From Octopus vulgaris (taxonomy: Eukaryota): DNA of 64,000 nt. The notes below the pieces were generated by a model that saw only the letters and a list, made by a program, of their open reading frames with translations, was not told the origin of the DNA and did not search any database. Shown piece after piece: positions 53,736 through 64,000 of this stretch. The stretch covers positions 2,232,001 through 2,296,000 of the forward strand of contig OX597828.1 in NCBI GenBank assembly GCA_951406725.2, written 5' to 3'. Made by a program: the position numbers and the translations under genes. Position 1 is the stretch's first letter. Each line of letters opens with the position of its first letter.

Positions 53736-55102
53736 CGTGTGTCCCTGTTCCTGTGTGTGGGGTCTAAAAAATGGTTGGTGTAGTTATGTTCAAAGCTATT
53801 ATTTATCTGTCTCATGTTGTTATAATTGTCAGAGTGAGTTTGTGGTGCTCTGTTCTGGAGTCTGTTGTTGAACCTAGTGTTACGTCTTAGTTCCTCAGGT
53901 GTATTGTGTTGGTAGTTGTTTCCTCCGTAGTGCATTTGTTGTTTGTTATGGTTGTATGGTTGGTTCCTGGGGTGGATGTTTGGTAGTAGCGTTTTGGTTT
54001 GGTTATGTGGGTTGTATTTTATAGTATTGTATGTTGTGGCTCTTAGGTTCGTGGAATGGTGTGGTGGGACCCTATAAGTGTTTTGGGGTTGGTGTAGGTA
54101 GTGTGGGGTGCGTTTTAAATGCATTTTTCTGGTGTAGAGTGTGTTTGGATTTCTTGGTGGTTGTTCTGCTCTGTTGGTATGTCTATTTTCGAACAGGTGT
54201 GGTGGGCCTCTGTATGTGTTTTGGGGTTGGTGTAGGTAGTGTGGGGTGTGTTTTAGGTGTACTTTTCTGGTGTAGATTGTGGTAGGATTTCTTGGTGGTT
54301 GTTCCGTTCTATTGGTATTTGGTTTTGATTTGCTTAATTTTATGAAGGGGTTGTTGGATATGTGTTCATTTTTGAAGTTGGTTTCATAATCTAGAAACCA
54401 GATGGCGCTCTTTTCCCATCGTTGGAGGGACTTAAGTTCCTCTTTTTCACATTCTTCATTCCATAGTGCTGTTAATGTTTCAGTATTGTTGTCGTCTATT
54501 AGTTTGATGACTTCTTCGTTGATTTCCTCGTCTATGGTTTTTACTTTTTCTTCATTCGTTTTAGCTCTCAGCTTAAGTAGTTCTATTTCCATCTTCATTT
54601 TTTCTAATGACATTTTTTCTCTAAGTTTTCTTTGTTCTTCTGGTTCTTCCGAGATGGGTTTGATTTGTAATTTACGGGGTATGACTAGGGGTGTTGAGTC
54701 TAGCCATTTTTGGTAAATCTCTGCTTTATTCTGATTTTGTATCATTTTCCAAAAAGCGAATTTTCTGTTTCGCTGTAGTGTTCTCCATTGGGGGAGGACT
54801 TGGTTCTTTATTTGTAATGTTGAAGTTGCTCGGTTCTTCTCATGTGTTCCTTCTTTTTGTTGCTCTTGTTTCGTAAAGTTTGTGAAGAATGTCGTCATTG
54901 TATCGCATAGATTTTCAACTTTCTCGAATATTTCGGAGGGTGTTTTATTCGATTCGGTTTCCTCGTTAGTTTGTGTAGAAGGTCGAGGTGTTAAGTTGAG
55001 TTTGTTTAACACTGCTGTTAGGTTTGAATTTATGCTTTTCAATTCTTTCAGTATCTCTTCATTTATTGAGGAGATGTCGTTGGTGTCTTTTTTAGCAGGC
55101 AT
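53702..55102 (-). CDS. PLE ORF1: 466-aa protein with E/K-rich predicted coiled-coil N-half and N/H/P/Q/R/Y-rich low-complexity C-half
   Basis: Uninterrupted ORF inside the element's terminal repeats, overlaps ORF2 by 34 nt; duplicated 46-aa unit. Confidence 0.75.
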   Translation of the reverse strand: MPAKKDTNDISSINEEILKELKSINSNLTAVLNKLNLTPRPSTQTNEETESNKTPSEIFEKVENLCDTMTTFFTNFTKQEQQKEGTHEKNRATSTLQIKNQVLPQWRTLQRNRKFAFWKMIQNQNKAEIYQKWLDSTPLVIPRKLQIKPISEEPEEQRKLREKMSLEKMKMEIELLKLRAKTNEEKVKTIDEEINEEVIKLIDDNNTETLTALWNEECEKEELKSLQRWEKSAIWFLDYETNFKNEHISNNPFIKLSKSKPNTNRTEQPPRNPTTIYTRKVHLKHTPHYLHQPQNTYRGPPHLFENRHTNRAEQPPRNPNTLYTRKMHLKRTPHYLHQPQNTYRVPPHHSTNLRATTYNTIKYNPHNQTKTLLPNIHPRNQPYNHNKQQMHYGGNNYQHNTPEELRRNTRFNNRLQNRAPQTHSDNYNNMRQINNSFEHNYTNHFLDPTHRNRDTRWQRTNKRNLR

Positions 55103-55322
55103 TTTCGGGAGCTCGTACGTGATATGATATTTATAATAGGATTAGCTCGTATACGAGTAGGTATATATTTGTAAAAAATGAAGTTCGAAAATGCTGCTGT
55201 ATTATACAATTTTTAATTTTTATATATACATTATAATAATATATAATAATATATAATATATAATAATAGATAATTATAATAATATATAATAATATATAAT
55301 ATATAATATATAATAATATATA

Positions 55323-55377
<55 letters not shown>

Positions 55378-55784
55378 GTACTCGTACTACAGTGGTTATG
55401 TTATTACGTATATACTACTATATATCTTTTTTCGCACAACTTGCTTTATCATGCTTTTTTAAAGTTTGTCAAAATAGTTTCTCTTTCATCATTGATTTGC
55501 TGCGAAAGTAATTAATAGGCAATTTTCGGCGTGTTGAGCAATTGCTAACCAAATATTTGTGGTTGCTACTTGGGGGGAATATAAGTGCTATCTGGTGAAG
55601 AATTGTCTTAGTTAGCAGACACAATATGCTTAGTGTTGATGTAGATTGCTTTGGATACAAGGGCAGTCTAGTTGTAATAACACTGCATTGCCTTTATTCA
55701 TATCTCTATAAAACCAAGAGGTGAGAAAACGTACCGAGAAATGGAAACAAAAGTAAAAAAGGAAAAACTCAGAATAACAATAAT

Positions 55785-55920
55785 GGTTTCAAAGTTTGGT
55801 ACAAGGCCAGTGGGTTTGGTGGAGGGGCAAAGTCGATTAAATCGACCCCAGTGTTCAACTGGTACTTATTTTATCGACCCCGAAAGAATGAAAGGTAAAG
55901 AAGAACTCGGCGGAATTTGA
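55785..55920 (-). mobile_element. SINE fragment (58664 family); a matching 5' part lies at about 57480-57575
   Basis: CTGGTACTTATTTTATCGACCCCGAAAG...CTCGGCGGAATTTGA. Confidence 0.75.
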
Positions 55921-55963
<43 letters not shown>

Positions 55964-55972
55964 GTAATGATG

Positions 55973-56043
<71 letters not shown>

Positions 56044-56762
56044 TGCCAGCAACAAAATGAAACCATTGACCATGTGGTCTCCAAGTGCAGTCTTCTAGCG
56101 CCTACAGAGTATCTCAACAGACACGATAGAGCTGCACAATATATTCACTGGGTAATCTGCAAAAACCTGGATTTGCCCCATGAAAAAGACTGGTGGGAAC
56201 ACAAACCACCCCCAGTGCTTGAAAATGACCACATCTCACTCCTCTGGAACTTCACCATTCAAACTGACAGAAAGATAGATGCAAATAGGCCAGACATCAT
56301 ATTGAAAGACTTCAAACAAAGAACATGCCTCCTCATTGATATGACTGTCCTAATCGATATAAACGTATCTGTCAAGACCTACCAAAAACTGAGCAAATAT
56401 AAAGATCTTGAAATAGAAATCAGCAAAATGTGGAACCTGAAGACTAAAACGATACCTGTTGTCATAGGTGCCCTGGGAATGATAGCAAAAGGGGTTGATA
56501 GCTACCTAACTCAGATACCAGGAAACCCAAAAATGGCAGAAATCCAAAAGATAGTGCTCATGGGAACTGCTCATATCCTACGCAAAATACTTTCTATGTA
56601 ATCTCAAGGTTTAAAACAAAAAAAAAACACCAAAAACTCCCCCCCAAATGTATGGCACACTAGGCATAACAACAACATGAACTTCCAACCTGTTGTCTCT
56701 TGAGGTCTCTGGGTGAGACTTGGAGCCAACTTGTACAAATATAAAGCAAAAGTCAGACATAG
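56044..56762 (+). mobile_element. Dong/R4-like element 3' end (RLE domain) inserted in (TAA)n
   Basis: Open frame ETIDHVVSKC...RHD...LLWNFTIQTD...RPDII...LID...KLSKY...PVVIGALG; (TAA)n at 55921-56043 and 56763-56890. Confidence 0.9.
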
Positions 56763-56771
56763 AATAATAAA

Positions 56772-56875
<104 letters not shown>

Positions 56876-56891
56876 TAATAATAATAATAAA

Positions 56892-57450
56892 TGCCCTGAT
56901 GCAGCACCAGGCAATGGCTCTCATTGCTTCTGATCTTAACTGATTGGAAGTGTTATCACGTACATTGTTTTGTCTTGGTATAAAAGATGGACTACAGCAA
57001 ATATTCTGCTCAATACCATAGATTTGCTTGTCAGTTGTTTGACCTTAACCAGTTGAGCATATCCCTTAGTGGCTGACGATATGTGCATCTCTGATCACAA
57101 GCAGAAGTAGTGGGGGAGCATCATAGCCATGTGTTGAGAGGGATTCTTTGGGGGTTTGAATAATTCACCTCTGGAAACATGGGTGGTTCGTTCATAATCC
57201 TTAAACAACCCTTATTCAGGGACTTTTTGAGCGGGATGGGTTACTCGACCAGAAGAAAATTCTAACCGGGCCCTACCTGCAAGGTCATGCGCTGTTTATC
57301 TTGATATGAGATCACCATGTCGCGCACATATGGTTGTGATGCATGTGCCTGGTGTACCCTTATCAGATGGGTAGTCATGATGGGTATACTGGGCTTCGTA
57401 TATTTTACTCAGGTGTCAGTTTGATAGCATGCATTGCTCTCTCACTCAAT
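56892..57450. repeat. Non-coding unit of about 560 bp bounded by (TAA)n on both sides
   Basis: GC-richer block with sharp TAA-repeat boundaries and no ORF. Confidence 0.5.
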
Positions 57451-57748
57451 AATAATAATAATGATAATATACAAAGTTGTCCCTGACGGGATTTGAACTC
57501 AGAACGTAAAGAGCCCGAATAAATATAGGCAAGAATTTTTTCGGACATTCTTACGATTCTGCTAGCTCGTCGCCTTCCGTTGATGTACTTAACATGAAAT
57601 TACAGCTCAGCAAAAAAGTGGAGAAATAAACTTGATTTTGGTTCATTCTAGACAGAATGTCGTCAGTGTTTTCGCGAAAAAAGTGAAAAGTACCTGCAAT
57701 GTATGCAATAAATACGTATAAAATATTCTCTCTATATAAGTATGTATG

Positions 57749-57825
<77 letters not shown>

Positions 57826-58663
57826 CTCTGTGTGTATTTCTATTTGCATAAGTGTGTAAATGTGTGTGTGAGCATGTGTGAGCGTGTATGGTGTGTCTGT
57901 GCGTATGTCTGTAAGTGTATGCATACGTATATGTATACATGGTTGTAGTGTTAACTTTTATGATGCGTATTACCAGGTTTTTGTAGTAGAAAACTAATTG
58001 CTAAGTAGATTATTTCCTCTCTCATCAAAACAACTGACTTCCAGCGGCCAGTCGTTTAAAATGGCATCTTCTATTTACTCTCTAATTTGCGATTGATTTC
58101 ATCAGAACTTCAAATATTCAAAAGCTTTTGATATTATATTGAATCAGCAATGACAAGTCATTTGTCATCATTTATTCAAACTTGATTTTATCCAATAAAC
58201 TTCTCATTCGAGAAAATAATGCGATCGAAGGGGATTTTTGTACGTTTATGAAACACAGATCGATATCAATATTTGAACTATTTGTCTGTTAAATGTATTT
58301 GCTTAGATAGAATATTGTGATTTAGTAAGATACTCTGTCGAACGAGTTTTTTACTCAGGTGACTAAAGAATTTCAACTAAGAACAAAATTTCAGAATGCA
58401 TCTTTTACAAGCTTTTGCTCCATTCATCAAATCCTAGAAATAAAAATTCATGCAATGATTCAGATTTATGAATGACAAAGCAAGAACCACGTGACGTTAA
58501 TCTGAGAAATTAAACTGAGAGTCTAAGCACATAATTTCAATTTTCCAGAAGGCTGTTTATGCTGTGTAGCGCCCACCAAGCTCTTGAAATAATTTTCCTT
58601 TAGCTATGTGAAAGATAAACCGTTGAAGCAGTGTGGAATCGATTTTAATATAGTATAGCAAAA

Positions 58664-59056
58664 GGCGGCGAGCTGGCAGAAACGTTAGCACGCCGGGCGA
58701 AATGCTTAGCAGTATTTTGTCTGCCGCTACGTTCTGAGTTCAAATTCCGCCGGGGTTGACTTTGCCTTTCATCCTTTCGGGGGCGATAAATTAAGTACCA
58801 GTTACGCACTGGGGTCGATATAATCGACTTAATCCGTTTGTCTGTCCTTGTTTGTCCCCTCTGTGTTTAGCCCCTTGTGGGTAGTAAAGAAAGAGGTATT
58901 TCGTCTGTCTTTATGTTCTGAGTTCAACTTCCGCCGAGGTCGAGTTTGCCTTTCATCCTTTAGGTAAATTAAGCACCAGTTGCGTACTGAGGTCGATCTA
59001 ATCGACTGGCCCCCTCCCCCAAAATTTCGGGCCTTGTGCCTAGAGTAGAAAAGAAT
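58664..59056 (+). mobile_element. Dimeric tRNA-derived SINE with degenerate 16-bp TSD
   Basis: Head GGCGGCGAGCTGGCAG, B box GAGTTCAAATTCC, core GCCTTTCATCCTTT repeated twice; AATATAGTATAGCAAA / AATATATTATTGCAAA flanks. Confidence 0.88.
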
Positions 59057-59447
59057 ATATTATTGCAAATTACTTTGTTGTAACCTAGAAAGCTGAATGA
59101 TAATATCTATGTCGGGTAGATATTTGAATTTATAAATATTTATAAAGACGTCATACAAAACAATTGCGCACAAGACTCATTTAGTTTTTTAAAAATATCT
59201 CAACACAACTCGGCCAGCGTAATCTCAACAAAAGTTACTTTATAGAGGCACTATTAGAAGGTGAAAGTTTAGAAAAATATAATCATTTTAAATCAGTGAT
59301 TTATCAGTTTATATGAGATTCATAGAATAGAAATAAACTTCTGCTCAGTCGAATTTGCCCATGAATTGTGAATCTTCCACTAAATCTAAATTCTTGTTAT
59401 ACTGGTACAAAACATTTATATTATTATTATTATTATTATTATTATTA

Positions 59448-59494
<47 letters not shown>

Positions 59495-62302
59495 TTTTTT
59501 TTCAACAGAAGTATTTCTGTACAATCCTTCATTACTAATTTAATTTCCTCTCGTTAAAGTTTTATTACTTGTCTGTTAATATAGTTCGTGGGACCGCTCT
59601 TATTGTTTACGAATTTTCTTAGTTAACGATTAATGTCGTGAATACTTTTGTTGAAAATGCAACAACTAGAAAGATCCTTTTGGAAACAGTTCTAGGAATT
59701 AAATATTGGACATAATGTTTTATATAAGATCTTGAGGGAGAATAAAGTCAATTAGATACAGAATGAGTAATTTCAGGAGGAAAGAAAGCCGCTGTAAGAG
59801 CGATCGAGGATTAGCATATTATTATTATTATTATTATTATTATTTTAAGTAAGAAAAGCAAAGTAATATGTCAATATCACAATTTGCGAAATGCAAAATA
59901 ATGGATAAAAAAAACTTCAACTTCTTTTCACTTGAAAGCGATATATTTTTCGCTTTTTACGAAGAAATAAATATTGTGGATAAATAAACTAGTTTCTGAC
60001 CTAATTCAACAGCGCAGATTAAGTTTTTAGACTTGGAGAAGTATGAGTCATTATAAGCATTTCTCTGGCAGAATGGTTTGTATAGAATCCTACCTCTAAA
60101 ATGATACCACAACTTTACGTAATCCTCTTTACCTCCCCATTTCTACTGATCTACATAACTTTAAGACAAATTGCTGCCATTTAAATATTTTATATTATAT
60201 ACTGTAAAACACATAGACGAACTAGAAGTTCGCATATATATCTTTATAATTTAACATATAGTCTACAAAACTGGAAATGATAAAAAGATACAGAAACTTA
60301 ATTTTACAATTTTGTTTTAAACTAAATTCACTGTGTTTTATTACCAAAGTTCACAAAAATGCTGGATGGGAGTTCATTGTAAGGAGAGGAAATACAATGT
60401 GTTATCAGGGTGTTTGGTTTCAGACAAATTGTCATTAAATTTATAAATAAAACAACATTAATACGAAATGAACATTTTTCGCAGTTGTTTTTATGAGAAT
60501 ATCTGAACTAAACAATTTTGGTGACGTGTTATTCATTCGTACACACACATTTACGGTGGTATATAAAATGCGATAAACTGTTTTTTGTGCGTCAGAGCTC
60601 AACTGTTTTTCCATCGATTATTTTTTTTCCCCACTTTTGCTTTCAGATCGATGCGCTGTATTTTTAATTGTTATTACCAATCAATATGAACCAAAGAGGG
60701 AAACTTTATGTGGTCACCCACTTTGTAAGAAATAACAACCAAATCTTTAAATCACATTGTATTTTCCTGAAAAGGAGGGACACATCGGACAATGTATGTT
60801 TGAAATTAGAGAGTATAGTCGCAAAAGGAACCTCATAGGTCATGGCTTTCTACGATTAGGAGTTAAATTTTTAAAAAAAACAATGTTGTTATTTGTAGTT
60901 ACTTATTCTGTGAACGCCCTCGGAGTTTTCTCCTTTATCTTTCTTGAACACTTTGTCATTAAGGCAAATGATTGTTTCTTTTATAAATTGGATTTGGCCC
61001 GCATTTAATTAATCAGTATTACAGTTTAATCATTATTAGATTCATTGGTTAAGGTCAGTTTAATTTAGCATAATGAAAAATCTGGCTCACATTTATAATA
61101 AATGGTTTCGATTAGCAATTAGAAGTACAAGTAATATAACGTAAGAATATTGTAATTTTTCGCTCTGCACTAATGGTGAGTCTTCCAAATTTTATAAACC
61201 TTCATTCCTGGAATGAAGGTTGATAAAATTTATGCACAGAAAAACCAATGAGGGTGATGATGTTTATGTTATTTGAGATATTCATAAATTTATTCTTGTA
61301 ATAATAATAAATTTGCCATTACCAATAAAAACAACATAAATACGAAAAATCGTTATTTGATATGTTTATCGAGCAACTATTTATATTTCGTTTCAGACAT
61401 TGCTCATCATATTACGCCATCTGTGCGTCTTTCTCGTTGTTTGGTATTTAGTTTAATTTCACACTTATTTTTAATGAGAAATAGTTCAGACAGAAGAAAC
61501 TCTTAAAGAATGACGGTTGATGAAATGACAAACTGCAATTCTAATGACTTGAAGGTGTATATAACTATGAAAAGATTAATTCTGCTTATCTATTAATTGA
61601 TAGGATTCACATAGGTCTGAAGAGAAGCAAAAGAAATATATACTCCCTTGAAGCACTACTTTAATGCGGAGACTACAATGATGCTTCAGACAGAAGCTTA
61701 CAGCACAGCTTTTCTTTTAAAATCTCCAATAAATATTAATTTGTTCAGATTTAAATACATTACTCTCAAAAACAATATTGCTTATTACACGGTCGTGAAA
61801 ATGAACTGACTTATACTTTAAACACAGTTACGTTCATGACGAAAAGATATGAAGGTATTCAGTTGTTTACAGTATGCTCAAACGCCAATGGCAAGTGGAA
61901 ACATACCTTTTGATATGTACAGGATTGCAGACTGAAATTATTAAGAACTAATATTTTTGCTCCATCTCTTTCACAATACATCAAGACAGTATATCAAATG
62001 CGTGATTTTAAGCTGAAGGATAATGGAAGAAGATCGCATTAAAACAGCATACAGCAGTTTGGAGTTTCCTGCTAACGTTGTTAGCATGTTAAGACAGATT
62101 ATAGGTGAAGTTTGTAGAACGTATGTCACATCCAATTATATTTGCATCATAGTACAAACAGTCCAGTCTTGGCAAGTTCTTCCCATGCACTTAACTATGC
62201 TTTCGTTGTTGTCAACTGAAACACTAGCAACACAAACAGAAGCAACCTAATCTGCCAATTGCTCATATAGATGAATGGTTGTGTATGAGTGTGGTGCGTG
62301 AA

Positions 62303-62600
62303 GGCGCATGGCTCAGTGGTTAGAGCGTCAGGCTCACAATCATGCGGTAGTGAGTTCGATTCCCGGATCGGGACGTGTGTTGCGTTCTTGAGCAAGACAC
62401 TTTATTTCATGTTGCTCCAATTCACTCAGCTGTAGAAGTACGTGTCACTGGTACAAGCTGTATTGGCCTTTGCTTTTCCCTTGGATGACATCGGTGGCGT
62501 GGAACGGGTGGAGGCTGGTCTTCCATAAACAACTTTGCTTGGAGGGAAACTTACTAGGCGCAATCCCATGGTCTTTCATGACCGAAGGGGGTCTTTAGCC
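62303..62600 (+). mobile_element. tRNA-derived SINE (second family)
   Basis: A box TGGCTCAGTGG, B box GTTCGATTCC, then TCTTGAGCAAGACACTTTA; no acceptor stem. Confidence 0.8.
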
Positions 62601-62662
62601 TTATATATATGTGTGAGTGTATGTGTGTATGTGTGTATTATATTATATTATAATATATTATA

Positions 62663-62708
<46 letters not shown>

Positions 62709-62710
<2 letters not shown>

Positions 62711-62842
62711 AAATGATGTGTTATAATACTATTCCACAACAATACCAACAATCCAACATACCTCCATCATCAGCTGCCCGACGGATATCATTTGGGTTTC
62801 GACACCTGGGCAGTACCATTCAATCCGGCGGTATCACCAGCA
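62709..62842 (+). repeat. Dispersed repeat adjoining (TA)n, homologous to 14850-14985
   Basis: ATGTGTTATAATACTATT...TCGACACCTGG.CAGTACCATTCAATC.GGCGGT shared. Confidence 0.85.
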
Positions 62843-64000
62843 CTAAAATAAGTGTTGAAACCACAGCTTTCAAACACATTTACCCAGTGTTCAACCGTAT
62901 CGATAAATAAATTCAATAAGTACATTACAACCAACTCCTAAATACGTGACTAAACAGCGACAAATCCATTTGGTCATACAAAAATTATAATCCCTGCCGT
63001 CTTCCGTAGTATAAAAGTGAAGGCCACATTCTTTCAATCTATCTATTTACAGGCAGGATTAAACACTAACTTTAATAAAACTACAAGAAAGAAACATATA
63101 AACAATGTACATTGTATCGGTATTAATAGTAAACTGCAATAACTTAAATTATATGCTAAATTGCGACCAATCTTTAAGTCTATACAGATAATAATCCCGC
63201 CACTCTTCCATAGATACTACTATAATGAAAGTTAAAGTTTTATATAAATCTCTCCAAAACAAAACAATTGTATATTTAGAAATCAGTGCAGATAAAGAAA
63301 GCTAACTCATCAGATCACTTGAACATCATGGTTACACCAATTCTTCAACTACACATATATGTATATAAATATATATATATGTATGTGTGTATACACACAC
63401 GTGCGCGCGCACGCTCACATGCACACATACACGCGCGTGAATACATATATATATATATATATAAATATCGTGTTAAGTTAATACGAGTAAATGCTCCACG
63501 GTACCATAATTTTAGGCTCCAGTCAATTAAAAGAAACTACTCCAAATGATTGTTAGAGTATCCACATAAGTGAAGTCAAGACGCTTAGTTTGGACTGACA
63601 TCGAGTCGTAATAATTGAGATAATGAAATCAACCCAAATAGTGATATTTTGAAATCATTTAATACGTACGTTTCAGATGTACGATATATATAATGGGAAA
63701 TGTATCCATTATGTAAACCTTCCTCGGTTAAAGCAATTCAAAATACTTTGAACAACTTTAACTGATAAAGTCACCTAACACGTCAATATCTAAGTTATCT
63801 GTGTATATGTTTGTATGTAAATGTTTGTAGGGTATGTGGTTTTCTGTATGTGTGTATGAGTATGTGCATATATATTTATATGTGTGTGTATGTTGGTGTA
63901 TATATTTGTGTGTGTATATATATGTATGTATATAGATATGTAATATATACATATATGTATATGTGTGTATATATATATATGTGTGTATGTGTGTGTGTGT

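Larger units (their letters stand above)
50449..55236 (-). mobile_element. Near-intact two-ORF Penelope-like element with 75-bp terminal redundancy
   Basis: 50449-50523 equals 55162-55236 (offset 4713); ORF1, RT, zinc linker, GIY-YIG, promoter and HHR inside; AT microsatellite flanks. Confidence 0.92.

Noticed and set aside
61390-62250. Cluster of possible small host exons
   Set aside because: AG/GT pairs exist but frames contain stops and no recognisable domain emerges
62303-62375. Functional tRNA gene (also considered at 14541-14612)
   Set aside because: A and B boxes are present but the acceptor stem does not pair and the sequence continues into a SINE body

Overview
This is AT-rich, microsatellite-dense eukaryotic DNA. 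Its repeat repertoire looks cephalopod/octopus-like (inference only). No host gene can be called with confidence; the window is mostly transposable elements: Tx1-like, CR1-like and R4/Dong-like non-LTR retrotransposons, Tc1/mariner elements, Helitron relics, tRNA-derived SINEs and several Penelope-like elements (PLEs) with hammerhead ribozymes (HHRs). The standout is a nearly intact 4.8-kb minus-strand PLE (50449-55236) with an extra 466-aa coiled-coil/low-complexity ORF in front of RT/GIY-YIG. Its 3' terminal repeat holds a complete promoter (5x GACGTCATC-N10-CCAAT, TATA, Inr), a Kozak ATG mini-exon and a splice donor. In a tandem or circular copy this would splice in frame onto the RT ORF at a UUUUUUAG that is also a -1 slippery site. 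The element's 5' end coincides with its predicted ribozyme cleavage site. Other highlights: a 353-bp retrozyme-like unit with a canonical type I HHR, a Tx1 element sitting inside (GATA)n, and a SINE whose tail matches the Tx1 3' end. All alignments and folds were done by eye, and boundaries of degraded elements are approximate.
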